Shown: positions 37,801-49,100 of the stretch, one piece after another
Layout: each line of letters begins with the position of its first letter
How positions within the stretch are numbered: position 1 is the stretch's first letter
Origin: Armatimonadota bacterium
Lineage (GTDB): Bacteria; Armatimonadota; UBA5829; DSUL01
Direction of reading: 5' to 3'
DNA length: 64,000 nt
Assembly (NCBI GenBank): GCA_040769165.1
Contig: JAXGLP010000001.1
Location: 728,197-792,196 of the forward strand
Program-made: the position numbers and the translations under genes
Notes under the pieces: generated by a model
What the model was told of the DNA's origin: nothing
Seen by the model: the letters and a program-made list of their open reading frames with translations, nothing else
Databases searched by the model: none

Positions 37801-40800
37801 GGCGTCGAGATGGACATGCTGGTGACCGGCGATCAGCAGACCTACCGGATGACGTTCAACGGCTTCCCGCTCAGTTCGCGGCCTGACCCTGTCTCGCCCG
37901 TCCTGCTCGGCCCGTTGGCCGCGTCGGCCGCGGATGGTGACCTGGCGCTCGTCAACACCATCGTTACGCTGACGCCTGAAGGCGGCATGCCGCAGGTGCT
38001 GCCTCAGGGCGACTTCGCTTCGCGCATGGAGTACGAGTTGGACTATGCGCTCGGGACCGTGCGGCTCGGCGCCGCTCCTGAGCCGGGGGCTCCCGCGGAC
38101 CTCCTCCAGGCGAGCTACTGGTTCGCGCGGGCTTTGCCGATGGTGCAGTACAACAACCCGCCCGTCCTCACGTCGGGCAGGTTGGCGCCGGAGGTCGGCT
38201 CGCAGTTTACGACCTACACATACACGGTGACTTACACCGATACGGACGGCCTGAACGGCACGGCTCCGTCCTACGTTCGCGTTGTCATTGACGGGACGAC
38301 CTATTCTATGTCGCGCGTTTCGTCGGGTGTACCGATCTACCGCAATGGCGTGGAGTACCGCTACCAGACAAAGCTGGCTCCCAATACCTCCCACCGGTAC
38401 TACTTCGAGGCGAGCGACGGCTACGGGTACGCGCTCTTCCATGCGCCGTCCATCCCTGTGTCTCAGATCTCGTTCGATGCCGCCGCTGGAACAACGCTGG
38501 TGTCTGCCACCGGGCAGAGCTGGAAAGCATCGGAACACAAGAACGGCACGGTCGCCTGGGTCACCGGCAAGCGGGCCGGCAAGTACGACACCATTCTCGA
38601 CAATGCCGCCTCGACGCTCACCGTCGGTGGGCTGCTGAACGCGGATGCCGCAGTGCAGCCCGTTGTTGGCGACCAGTTCAAGGTTACGAAGTCAGAAAGC
38701 AGCCTGACCGCCTTTACCGCTCCCGGAGCCATTGACGGTCCGTTCATCAACGACGCGCCGTACCTCACCGATGGCACCGTCGTTGCCGTCGGGGCCATCA
38801 AGCGCGGTGACCCTGTTTCCTACACCGTGTCGTATCACGACAGCGACAACGACGCCCCGGCGGACGGCTACCCGATGGCCTGGGTCGGCGGCACGAACTG
38901 GGAGTTCAACGGCGGTGTCACGTCGCGCCTTTACGGTGATGTCACGCTCATCACCGACGACAGCCAGGCGTGGACGCCCTCGCAGTTCAAGGATCAGCCG
39001 CTTACGTGGATTACGGGCAAGCGCGTTGGCATCACCGACACGATCCTCGACAACACGTCGAATATGCTGATCATCAGCGGCCGGCTCGACGCGAGCATCA
39101 CGGCCCGGCCGGAGGTCAGTGACCGCTTCAGCATCCTGCAGGCGACCGGAACCGCGTCGGCCATAGACTACCGGGCCGCGGCATTTGTGGATGACACCAA
39201 AGCGTTCGTGCCGGACGCGCTCGCTGGCGAGCGCATCCAGATGGTTACCGGGTCTGGCCTCGGAGCGGTCTTCGATGTCGCCGCAAACACGGCTGAGATG
39301 CTCGTGATATCTGGACGGCAGCTTCCCACATCGTCTGCTGATCCCGCTGTCGCGGCCACGGGCGTGGCGAGCGGCGATTCGTATTCGATCCACGACTTTC
39401 TCGTCGGCGCGATTACGCTGAACGTAAACGACGGCGGCCTGGTCTCGATGAAGTTCAACAACTCGCCGGGCTGGGTCACCGACCAGTTCGCCGGGCTTGT
39501 CATCCAGATGATGAGCGGTACGGCGGTCTGGAAGAAATATACCATCCTCAACAACACCGCCGACACGCTGTACTTCTCCCAGCAGGCGAGCGTCTTCGTC
39601 AACGACGGTGTGGCGACTGGCGACGTTGTGCGCATTGCCGGTCTCAAGATGGACAAGCAAAGCCCGGGTGAGAACGATTTCACCGTCGCGCCCGGAGTGT
39701 ACTACACGGTCACCATTCCGGGGCTTGGGCTCGGCGATCACACGGTCAAATGGATGGCCTCCAACAGCCCGCTGGTGCGCGGCGTCCGAACCACCTTCCA
39801 GGGCCGGTATCCTGCCGGGGCCTCCCTCCCCGGTCCGCTCGTGACCGGTGACATACCGCCCGGCAACACCGCCCCGCAGCTTAGAAACGCGGTTGCCTCG
39901 CCGGCGATCGGTCTCACGACCAGCAACTACCGCTTCTCGGTTGACTACCGGGACGCCGACGGCGACCCGCCGGGTCCGCACGACGGAGTGGTCGGATTCC
40001 TGCAGCTAGTGGTGGATGCCGAGATCAATGGCCAGATCGTTCGCCGGACATACCGCTCTTCGGTTGACCCGGTGAGCGGCGGCGCCTGGCCCGTCAACAT
40101 CTATCGCACGATTGACTCCACTGTCTTCAGCGGCTTCCTGCTCGATGCCAGCGTGGCGCAGCTTCCGCCGGGCACGCACAGGTTCCATTTCGAGGCGTCG
40201 GACGGCTGGTCCGTGGTTCGCTACCCGTCGAACGCCGCCGACGACCCGATGGTGGTTGTCAACAGCCGGCCAACGCTCACGATTCCCGCCGCTGGCGGGG
40301 TGAGTCCGGGCGAAGGAAACACCGGCACGACATTCCGCTTCCGCGTCATCTATGCGGACGGTGATAACCAGGCGCCCGCCTCCATCAGCCTCGTGCTGGC
40401 GAAGGGCGGCGTGCCTCAGGCGCCGCTGATCCTGTCGCAGGAGGTTCCGTCGGACGGGAACTACCTGGATGGCGCGGTCTACTACGTGGACACCACGCTG
40501 CCGGCGGGAACGTACACTTATTACTTCTCGGCGAGTGATGGGGTGGAGCTGTACCCGGTCGTGACGCAGTCCCAGCCCGGCCCGATAGTCCGCGGCGAGA
40601 ACAACGCTCCGGTCCTTCTTGAAGCAGCGGTGACTCCCGCTGTCTCACCGTTTGCCGGAAACGAGTTCAACTACACCGTCCGCTACAGGGACCAGGACAA
40701 CGATCCTCCGAACCACGTGAGCCTTACTGTCTATGCAGCGGACCAGACCACGGTTCTGGACACGCTGGCCATGGAGAAGGCTGATCCGGACGACACGGCT

Positions 40801-43062
40801 TACTCGAGCGCCGAGGGCGTTTTGTATGAGTATCCGGGCTACCACTTTGGCCAGAGCGGAACGTTCTTCTACCAGTTCAGCGCATCCGACGGCGTGGACG
40901 CCACCGGCGATGTTGAGATAATGACGGGTCCGTTTGTGAACACGCCGCCGGCGCTCGGCGAGCCCGAGGTCGACAAGATGAGCGGCCCGTCCGACGAGCT
41001 CTTCACATTTGGCGTCACCTACACCGATGCCGATGGCGTCGCGCCTTCGGCGGACGGGTATGTGCGGCTGGTTTTGACGACGGGCTCCACGGTCACGAAG
41101 GTGGATATGGTCCGGCAGGCCGAAGACGGTTGGGCTGGCGGAGTGCGGTATCTGACGCAGATACAACTCGCACCCGGCACCCACAGCTTCTACTTCGAGG
41201 CGAGCGACGGGCTTGACCCGGCCGCGAGCACCGAGACAGTCAGCGGACTCACCGTGATAGCCACGCCGGGCCTCAGAAACCCCACTGTTACGCCCGGCAC
41301 GGGCAAGTCAACGGATACGTATTCGTATTCGGTCACGCTGGCGAATCCGAGCGGAAGCGGCCCGGACGAGATTCTCGTCTTCATTGACGGGACCGGTGAT
41401 GATTCGGCCCACCTGATGACGAAGGTGAACCCCTCCGACATGAACTTTGCCGAGGGCGTCCGCTATATCTACACGACCCAGCTTGCCCCGTCCGCGAGCA
41501 TTCCGGGCGGCAAGCACACCTGGTTCGTCCGCGCCACAGTGGGCGGGCAGACGATCTACCCGCCGGGGCAGAGCCCGTCAACTCCGAGTATCGGGCCGCT
41601 GGTCAACAGTGCTCCGGCGCTGACCGAAGCGAGCGTCAACCCGACATTCGGGCGCCCGTCGGACACGCAGTTCACGTTTGTCGTGACCTACACGGATGCC
41701 GACAAAGTGGCGCCGGGGGCAGGCGGCTACGTTCGGGTGGTGGTTTCGGGGGTTGCCTACCCGATGACGGCCCAGGCCAGCCCCGACTGGAAGAAGCCGG
41801 TCGTGTACACGCTCGCGACGCCTCTGCCAGGCGGGCAGCATTCGTTCTACTTCGAGGCATCCGACGGTATCGAGACAACGCGTTTGCCGGCCGGAAGCGG
41901 TCAGTTCGACGGTCCTCGAGTCAGCGCGCGCCCATTGCTGACGGACGGAGCGGTTACCCCGGATACGGGAACCACGGCGACTCAATTCACTTACACCGTG
42001 AAGTACTCCGACCCCGAAGGCGACGCTCCGGCGGTGGACGGCGTTCAGGTGCTGATTGACGGCCAGCCGCACGTGATGACGCGCGCCGCGGGCGTGCCGA
42101 ACTATGTGACGGGCGTGACATACACCTATACGACCACGCTGGGGGCGGGTTCTCACAACTTCATGTTCCAGGCGACTGATGGAACAGACCTGATCACGAG
42201 TCCTTTGCAGAGCGGCAAGCCGACTGTGGACGCGGTGGGGCTTACCGTAAACGCCTCGCCGAACCCGGCAGCGCTCGGGAGCCAGATCACTGTTTCGGGT
42301 GAGGTGCTTCCGAAGCGCGCGGCGACGCTGAATGTGGTCCTCGACCGCCCGGCGGGAGCAAACGTGAACCGCACGGTTACGACGGATGCGTCCGGCGCCT
42401 ATTCGTTCACTTTCGTGACCGACGAGGTGGGGACGTGGGATGTGCGCGTAGCCGATCCGGGAACCAGCGCCAGCGCCTCGATCAGTCCGAAACTCACCGT
42501 CAACAAAGCCACCCTGCGCGTTCAGGGCGGGGTGGTGGATATGATATCGAGCCCGGTGTACTCGGTAACCGGGGATCCGTCGGCCGTGTTTGGAAGCGCC
42601 GCCGCGCTGGGGCTTAACATCGTGAAGTGGGTTCCGGCGGCGGGAGTCTACAGCTACTACGGGGCCGCTCTCGACTTCCCTGTGCTGGGCGCGACGTCGG
42701 GCTTCTGGATCAAACCCGCGGCCACCACCACGCTGGAGCTGACGGGCGCCCTGCACGACCAGACGCAGCCGATAGCAGCGCGTGTCTCGGCGGGTTGGAA
42801 TCAGATAGGCTCCGGCTTTGTGACGCCGGTGAACTGGGCGGATGTCAGGGTGAAGTACGGCACGCAGGATCCGGTGAGCCTGTCCGAAGCTCAGTCGCGC
42901 GGATGGATCCGCGACTACGCCTGGGGGTATGATCCGATGGCGAGGCGCTACTTCCTGGTGCGCGGCTCGGGAGGCGAGGCGAGCACTCTCGATCCTTTCA
43001 GGGGCTACTGGGTGCGGTCGTTCGTTGACTGCGACCTGCTGATCCAGCCGCCCGCAAAGTAG
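34879..43062 (+). CDS. Giant secreted repeat protein (2727 aa): about 10 beta-sandwich '...Y.V.Y.D.DG..P...V.IDG....M......Y..GV.Y.Y...L..G.H.Y.FEA.DG' modules, other repeat classes, and the shared C-terminal module
   Basis: Signal-like LLALLALLCTAGVSLAQ. 8 tandem modules of about 95 aa at 39868-42190. Shared module at 42530-43059 (SAGWNQIGSGF...FRGYWVRSF). The start may be the GTG at 34921. Confidence 0.75.
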   Translation: MDSRTPGTDNRGGFVGLRLSWRTSAGSVLLALLALLCTAGVSLAQTISLTDGKVTPAFSVRGAVYTYSVTYSDEDATPPMYVRVVIDGETYTMQRSAGAPDYAAGVVYTYQRRLTTSGTHRYHFEARNASGYAVWDFLRFRAGDVEVEEEEDEEGNVISSVATITIAGEGPYPECYSEITWVGGDREGMVDAVNASGDTLTIEIEGPFEPAARGGDTFELPYSRKCRSAFTVVGDFRDPLVNDAPFLSDPVVSPRWNSDGSQAHWTFKITYSDIEGNGPSFVQLFLGRATLMAAKSVSATETGAVSLASALGNNRLLNVVGVYDDPAGEGVNYYTGGSYNPETAVVTLGTPLPEPKSVYVTYHATPMTWQAYDLIKADPLASGYTAGVEYVVPAPIPLTGYNTRAPGQPPHLYYYSFEAGDGLYDDRRTGYPLSVVPAPAKQLFAAVSEVLGTPGAEAPYPMVFNGLGAGWTETTTGPISRIVMSAAYGPPEGAGFGVQIRTISASNEVTPVTDAKTDDALGQVTLTSAPAAGDTVTGSYVFAEPLQMAQYASPPVLEDGTVTPEIGDRSEAFTYWVTYKDGAGRAPESVTVVIDGVAREMAPAGSGAPDYASGVVYRYSTMLAPETEHQYHFEAVSAGGYAVYDALPLEIVSLQYDYAEDGVTTIATSLAQNWWDEEFEGSEITWVTGLRAGVSDPVEGVRVIDYDSITPADDPTTITVTGVLNRDPEKEPFPGDLLTLNRSRSSLWPIAATGDIAGPYVNDSPTLTNSQASPSTSVPLPNSGWTFQTTYSDIDNNAPQFVYAILGQATARSAQPCAASSVSQVTVVPPDPGIPGEAAPKLLNVVGVWDNPNGSGTNYYSGGSFDPATGVVTLGTSLAAASTVYVTYHCTPIVWAPDGSGTGRIALSKLDPGDIDFRDGAIFTTSAPVYFDGPATGNIAKDPPRLNYYSFAASDGFTRAKYAPNDARPSPGAYGVEMDMLVTGDQQTYRMTFNGFPLSSRPDPVSPVLLGPLAASAADGDLALVNTIVTLTPEGGMPQVLPQGDFASRMEYELDYALGTVRLGAAPEPGAPADLLQASYWFARALPMVQYNNPPVLTSGRLAPEVGSQFTTYTYTVTYTDTDGLNGTAPSYVRVVIDGTTYSMSRVSSGVPIYRNGVEYRYQTKLAPNTSHRYYFEASDGYGYALFHAPSIPVSQISFDAAAGTTLVSATGQSWKASEHKNGTVAWVTGKRAGKYDTILDNAASTLTVGGLLNADAAVQPVVGDQFKVTKSESSLTAFTAPGAIDGPFINDAPYLTDGTVVAVGAIKRGDPVSYTVSYHDSDNDAPADGYPMAWVGGTNWEFNGGVTSRLYGDVTLITDDSQAWTPSQFKDQPLTWITGKRVGITDTILDNTSNMLIISGRLDASITARPEVSDRFSILQATGTASAIDYRAAAFVDDTKAFVPDALAGERIQMVTGSGLGAVFDVAANTAEMLVISGRQLPTSSADPAVAATGVASGDSYSIHDFLVGAITLNVNDGGLVSMKFNNSPGWVTDQFAGLVIQMMSGTAVWKKYTILNNTADTLYFSQQASVFVNDGVATGDVVRIAGLKMDKQSPGENDFTVAPGVYYTVTIPGLGLGDHTVKWMASNSPLVRGVRTTFQGRYPAGASLPGPLVTGDIPPGNTAPQLRNAVASPAIGLTTSNYRFSVDYRDADGDPPGPHDGVVGFLQLVVDAEINGQIVRRTYRSSVDPVSGGAWPVNIYRTIDSTVFSGFLLDASVAQLPPGTHRFHFEASDGWSVVRYPSNAADDPMVVVNSRPTLTIPAAGGVSPGEGNTGTTFRFRVIYADGDNQAPASISLVLAKGGVPQAPLILSQEVPSDGNYLDGAVYYVDTTLPAGTYTYYFSASDGVELYPVVTQSQPGPIVRGENNAPVLLEAAVTPAVSPFAGNEFNYTVRYRDQDNDPPNHVSLTVYAADQTTVLDTLAMEKADPDDTAYSSAEGVLYEYPGYHFGQSGTFFYQFSASDGVDATGDVEIMTGPFVNTPPALGEPEVDKMSGPSDELFTFGVTYTDADGVAPSADGYVRLVLTTGSTVTKVDMVRQAEDGWAGGVRYLTQIQLAPGTHSFYFEASDGLDPAASTETVSGLTVIATPGLRNPTVTPGTGKSTDTYSYSVTLANPSGSGPDEILVFIDGTGDDSAHLMTKVNPSDMNFAEGVRYIYTTQLAPSASIPGGKHTWFVRATVGGQTIYPPGQSPSTPSIGPLVNSAPALTEASVNPTFGRPSDTQFTFVVTYTDADKVAPGAGGYVRVVVSGVAYPMTAQASPDWKKPVVYTLATPLPGGQHSFYFEASDGIETTRLPAGSGQFDGPRVSARPLLTDGAVTPDTGTTATQFTYTVKYSDPEGDAPAVDGVQVLIDGQPHVMTRAAGVPNYVTGVTYTYTTTLGAGSHNFMFQATDGTDLITSPLQSGKPTVDAVGLTVNASPNPAALGSQITVSGEVLPKRAATLNVVLDRPAGANVNRTVTTDASGAYSFTFVTDEVGTWDVRVADPGTSASASISPKLTVNKATLRVQGGVVDMISSPVYSVTGDPSAVFGSAAALGLNIVKWVPAAGVYSYYGAALDFPVLGATSGFWIKPAATTTLELTGALHDQTQPIAARVSAGWNQIGSGFVTPVNWADVRVKYGTQDPVSLSEAQSRGWIRDYAWGYDPMARRYFLVRGSGGEASTLDPFRGYWVRSFVDCDLLIQPPAK

Positions 43063-43196
43063 TAACAGAACACGGTTGGTCTGCCCGCGGTTCGCAGAGA
43101 GCCGTGGGCAGGCAGTCTTCAGGTTGCCGGCCGGGCCGGTTACGAGTCTGGAGTTACGTAAGATTGAGCGATATTCATAAGAAGAACAGAAGAGCC

Positions 43197-46100
43197 ATGA
43201 ACCTGCTGAGCCGACTGAGGGGGCAACTGGTTGCCGCGTCTGGTCTGAGAGCCGCGCTGCCGGGTCTCGCCGCCGCGCTGGCGTGCGCCGTTCTGGCAGG
43301 GCCGGTCTCGGCTCAGTCGCTGTCTGGTCCGGGCGTCACGCCGGGTAAGGCGACCACAAACTCAATCTACAACCACACCGTGACCTGGACGTGGACCCCC
43401 TCCAACAACCATTTCCCGTGGTATGCCAATGTGGTCACCCTGGGTCCCGAAGAGGTGACGCGGGTCTATTCCGACGCCGCGCGCACGCAGCTTGTCACCG
43501 ACCAGGTGGACATTAAGATACCCGTGACATGGTTCGGCGTGGACCGGTTCTACGAGATCTGGGCCGCAAACGGCGAGAACTACCCACCGACCGCTGACCG
43601 GGTCAATGCGGGTTACCGCCCGGGCGGTAACCGCGTCCGCGTGACCCTTCCGGTGGACGAAGAAGGCAATACGATCAACCCTGTCACCGCGACCGGCGAA
43701 CTGACAGCACGGGTCCGCCTTGGCGCCTTCCGCGCGGTTGAGCGCAATGTCCCGGTTGACCCCGACGGCGACGGGCAGACGTTCTTCACCCGCGGGGCGC
43801 CGATTGTCGCGGTGGGCGGCGTGTTCGACGAAAACGGCGTGGATTACTGGGAGACCCAGGACCAGTACGGCAACCCCACAGGCGGTCTGGGCTCTGTCGT
43901 CAGCGGCGCGGGCTATCCATTCCGCTGCGGCCTCAGGCTGCCATCGCCTCTTCCCAGCCGCGTCAAGACCGTGACCCTCATCTACTATGTCGGGCCGGTG
44001 ACGCTCGGCAACATCGGTGGCGGCTTCGATGATGACGACGGAAACTACGTGCCGCTGGCGGCCGCATGGGACGGCGACAAGCCGCCGCAGGACGGCTCGA
44101 GGTTTCTCCTCTCCGCGTCGAGGGGACTCAATCTGCTCAACGACCCGCGCGCTGTGCCTGGAGTAAACCGTGTGACAGGGCCGGGGGCGACCCAGCACTG
44201 GGCCACCCGTTTCATCAAGCGCGACAGCAACGGCCGTCCCGAGCGGATAACCAGCAATACCGATGACGACGTCATACGTTACGGCGCGTATATGAAGGTG
44301 GAAGGGAGCGACACTGAGCCGGCGCAGCCGGGCGACCTGGATACGGAGTCGTTCCCGTCAACACCGCCGCTCGTGGGCGCCAATGCGGCCGTCATCAGCC
44401 CCAATCTGTTCGGGCCTTACAACTACCCAAGCGTAATCCAGAAGGTGGGTCCCACCGGCTCGACTATCATCAAGGTCTCGCCTCCTGGCGGCGGATATCT
44501 CGTGGATGTTCGCGGAGTGTGGGCCGATTCGGACGCGGACGATGACGGCGTGGCCGATCTGACCGGTCCGAACTACTACAGCGGCGGCACGTTCGATACC
44601 GCGACGAACATCATTACGCTCGGCACGGCGCTTCCGTCCTCGGTTCAGAATGTCTGGGTGGACTACGCGTACTCGAGCAGGTACTACCGCTTCGGTGATG
44701 CAGGCGAGGAAGATGACACTTCCATCTGGGGCCATGACGCGCTCGGGGCGTACCCGGCGGTTGCGTTCGTCAACCGCGCCAAGGTGTACAACCCCCTCGT
44801 GGCGGAGCAGTATATCCGCGATTACTACTGGCGCATAGACCCCGTCTCGGGCGACCTGGTTGTGAACCCTTCCGCAAGGAAGATGATCAAGATCACCGAC
44901 GACGCCGCGTTCATAGATGCCAGCGGCACGACACCGGCGGACGAACGGCTCTTCACGCCCTTCAAGCAGAACGCTCCGAACGATGGCAACAGCTCTCACT
45001 CGTTCAACTTCAGGGTCCGCTACTACAACGACCAGGGCCTTGGAGCCAGCAACTGGCTGCCGAGAGCCGATGGGCGCCCGGGCGCATCTGGCGTGATGGT
45101 GTACGTGAAGTACGATGGCGAGAACGACTTCCGGCCCTACGGCATGGCCCAGGAGAACCCGGCGGTCAACAACGTTGCGCGCGATGACAACAGCTATCCG
45201 GGCGACTACGGACTGGGATATCTCCTCAGGTTTGAACCGAATTTCGGGCTGAGCGGTATTGTCGTGGCTGGCAAGAAGAACTACCCCACGCCGACGTGGA
45301 CGCTGCCCAACAACTACATCTCGATGCCCGTGGGCCGACATCAGTACTTCTTCGCCACAAGCGATGACTCGCTGAAAGACTGGGACGGCGCCCTCTGGCG
45401 GAATCCGCAGGTGAAGGTCAGGGCCGAGAATCCCCTGAACCCCTACGATGTTCCCTGGTGGACCCAGCAGAACCCGCCCGCCTACCGTCCCGGCGAGCTG
45501 CCCTTCGGCTTTGGTGACGGCTTCATAGACAGTAATATGCGCGACACCTACAACTTCGCGGATATCACAACCTACCAGCCGGGACTGCTGAATACGGGCT
45601 ACGAGTACGAAGCGACCGAGCATCCGGTCGTGCACGCGCTGCTGTCGGGCATTCCGTTCGGGCAGGATGCCCTGGGACATGTCGGTTCGGGGTTCTTCCT
45701 CGGAACGCTCTCCCCGTATGTGCCGGCCGTGAATCCGCGGCAGCCGCCCGTGCCTACCGGAATGTCTGCCGGGTTCAACCTTGCGGGTGCCTGGCAGACA
45801 ACGTCCATGGGCACTGCGTCCACCTTATTCACCTTCAAGGTGATCTGGCAGTCGTTCGACCCCGACACAAAGGTGGGCCGCCCGCCGAAGTACATCAAGG
45901 TTTTCGTCAACAACAAGTCCACCGCCAAGCCGACGCTGGACACGGACAATACGACGGTTGACCCCGCCGCGAAGTACACCGGCTACACGATGGTGCCGGT
46001 CAAGGCCAACCCGACGGCCGCCGACTACGCGGCCGGCCTCACCTATCAGTATCAGACCACGCTGCCGCCGGGCCCGCATACGTACTACTTCGAGGCCGAT

Positions 46101-49100
46101 GCCGGGTTCGGCGCCGTGCGCTTCCCGGTGCGTCCCGACGGACGCCGGCTGGACGCGCCGCCTGAGGACGGCGGCCACGGCTGGTGGGAAGATCCATATG
46201 TGCCGGGCGAGCGCGACTTTGCGGACAACAACGACTACTGCCCGGGGCCGTACGTCAACAACAAGCCGCAGCTCCTGAGCCCGAGCGTCACGCCGTCGAG
46301 CGGGCCTTACGGGACCGACTTCGTTTACAGGGTCATCTACCAGGATCCCGACGGCCAGCGGCCGGTGCAGACCGACATCATCATCGAGCTGGCTCCGGGC
46401 CAGACCGTGCGCGCCACCATGCAGCGCGTGGAGCCCGATCCGGCGAACGTGGACTACGCCGAGGGCGAGGCCTATATCTTCCGGGCGTCCTCCCTCCAGG
46501 GCTCGGTGTTCGCGCCCGGAATCAGGCGCTATCGCTTCGAGTTCCGCGACGACTGGGGCCACCCGCGCATAGATACCGATACCATCCCGGGTGAGCTCGT
46601 GAGTGCGCCGGCGGCGGTCAACAATGTCACCGCATGGTATGAGGGGCCGACTGTTTCCGCTCAGGCGCGGCCGCTGCTGACCGCCGGGGCGGTGTCGTCT
46701 TCGGACGGCTCGTCGAACCCGGCGACTCTGTGGACCTACCAGGTCACGTACACGCACGGCAACAACATCGCGCCGAGCTTCGTCAACGTCTATACAGGCG
46801 CTCAGCGCGATGCCGCCGACCCGCTGAATGCGCGCACGCTGGAACGCGCCAGGCCGTCGTCGGCCAGGAGCCTGCAAGTCGCCGTGACTCCGGTTACGTC
46901 GGTCACCGGCGTCTGGACCAACGCCGCGGGAGGTGGCGTCAACTACTACACCGGCGGCAGCTTCAACCCGAGCACCGGCGTTATCACGCTGGGCGCTGCT
47001 CTGCCCGAGCCGAGCCGCGACGTCTGGGTGACCTACTCGGCTAACCCCATCGTGTGGGATGACGGACACGGGATGGCCAGGCGCGACGCCGCCGATATCA
47101 TCTACACCGACGGCGCGGTCTATCAGTATCAGACCACGTTGCCCGGTCCGCAGCGAACGGGCGACCTGCCGATTACGTACTACTTCACGTATCAGGCGTC
47201 TGACGGGCGGCTGATGACCCATTACGATGCTGCTTCGTCGGCGTCGGCGTTCGCGCTGACCCGCCAGCCCGCCGGAGAGGGCGCCACCGATACGGGTGAG
47301 ATTCTGAGCCACGCGACGAGCCAGAACTACACGGTGTATCAAGCCGAGCACTTCCCGATCGTGGGGCCGCTGCCGACGACAGCGACGAGCGATCCGGGCG
47401 TGCTCCTGCAGCCTATCATCTACAAGAACGATCTGCAGCTTATGCCCGGTTTCACCGGAACGCTGGACTCTGCTTATGTTGAGGACAACGTCAGGGTGGA
47501 CGCCAACGGCCTGAGCGTGACCGTTGACCCGTCCGTGGTTCACATGGTGCTCGGCGTATATACCGATGCTCTCATGATGGGCACGGATTACTACGCCGGC
47601 GGCGCCGGGGGCAAGTACAACAGCGAGTCGGGCGTCATCGCTCTGGGCACGCAGCTTCCCGCGGGAGTCCGCCGCGTGTATCTGAGCTACTCCAACCGGG
47701 GCGAGTATCGCGTGGACTTCGTGAATGGCAAGGTGATCTTCACCGAGCCGAACGATGCCAGTGACGTGCTCGAGATGGAGTACTGGTGGGCCGCCAAAGG
47801 CCCCGCCAGCGTCGGCCTGAACAACCCGCCGTCGCTGTCGCTGGGGCGCTGGACGGCGCTGCCGCTGGACACCGTCCCCAACGACGGGGTGGACGGGTCG
47901 AGCACGACGGAATTCACGTTCTCGGTCGTGTATCGCGATGTGGATGGACAGGGCGGGCAGGCGCCATCGTTCGTGAACATCATCATTGATGGCGTTGTGC
48001 ACCCGATGACGCTCAGCACGAGCAATCCGGTCTACTCGACGGGCGCGACATTCAGCTACACGACGAAGCTGTCGAGCGGATCGCATCTGTACTACTTCGA
48101 GGCGTCGGACGGCACGGGCTTCGCGGCTTACGATGCTGACGGGTCGAAGAGTTCGGCCGCCGAGATCACGGGCCTGGTGCCGATCGTCGGGCCGTTTGTC
48201 AACGACCGGCCCGTTCTGTCGAGCGGCGCTGTCTCACCCAACCCCGTGGACGGCATCGCGGCAGGAAGCTCGGCGACCTACGCTGTGACGTACACCGATG
48301 CTGACGGCAACCCGCCGAACGTGGGCTACCCGAAGGTCTGGATAGACAATCCGACCGAGGTGGACTACTCGGGCAAGGTAACGGCTGTCAACGGGTCCAC
48401 GCTCACCATCGGCGGAGCGGACTGGGCGCCCGGAGTACTGACAGGCAAGCTGCTTCAGGTGACGACCGGACTGGTGATTGACCCCGAGACGCAGACGCTT
48501 GGCAGCCCGAGCGCGGCTTCCGGCAGAATCTATCAGGTGCTGGACAGTGGGCGGAACACGCTGGTTGTGACGCCCACCGAACTGCCGGGCGAGACGATTA
48601 TCCTGGGAGACACGATCTCGGTCACCGGGCTGGTGATGAGCAAGCAGAACCCGCAGCAGACGGACTACCGGCAGCCGGTTCCGTACCAACTCGTCGTTCC
48701 GTCCATGCCTGTGGGCACTCACGAATACCACTTCAGCGTTGTCTCTGCGCCGACAGTGGAGGTTGTGACGCTCAGGGCCGGGAGCGCCGAGTTCGCCGGG
48801 CCGCTCGTCACAAGCACGCCGCCAGACGGTAACGTGGCCCCGGTGCTCGCGGCCGGCTCGGTCACGCCGGACAGAGGCGTCTCGAACACCGCCTTCACGT
48901 TCGAAGTTGCCTATTCGGATGCCGATGACGATCCGCCGGGCGCGCACGACGGCGTGTTCGGATATGTCAGGCTCGTGTTCAACGACGGCAGCTATCCGGC
49001 GCAGAGAATGCAGCCCGTGGGCGCGGTCAACTCGTGGATCAGCCCCGTCGTTTACCGGGTTGTTCTCGACGACCTTCCGGCGGGAACTCATCTGTTCCAC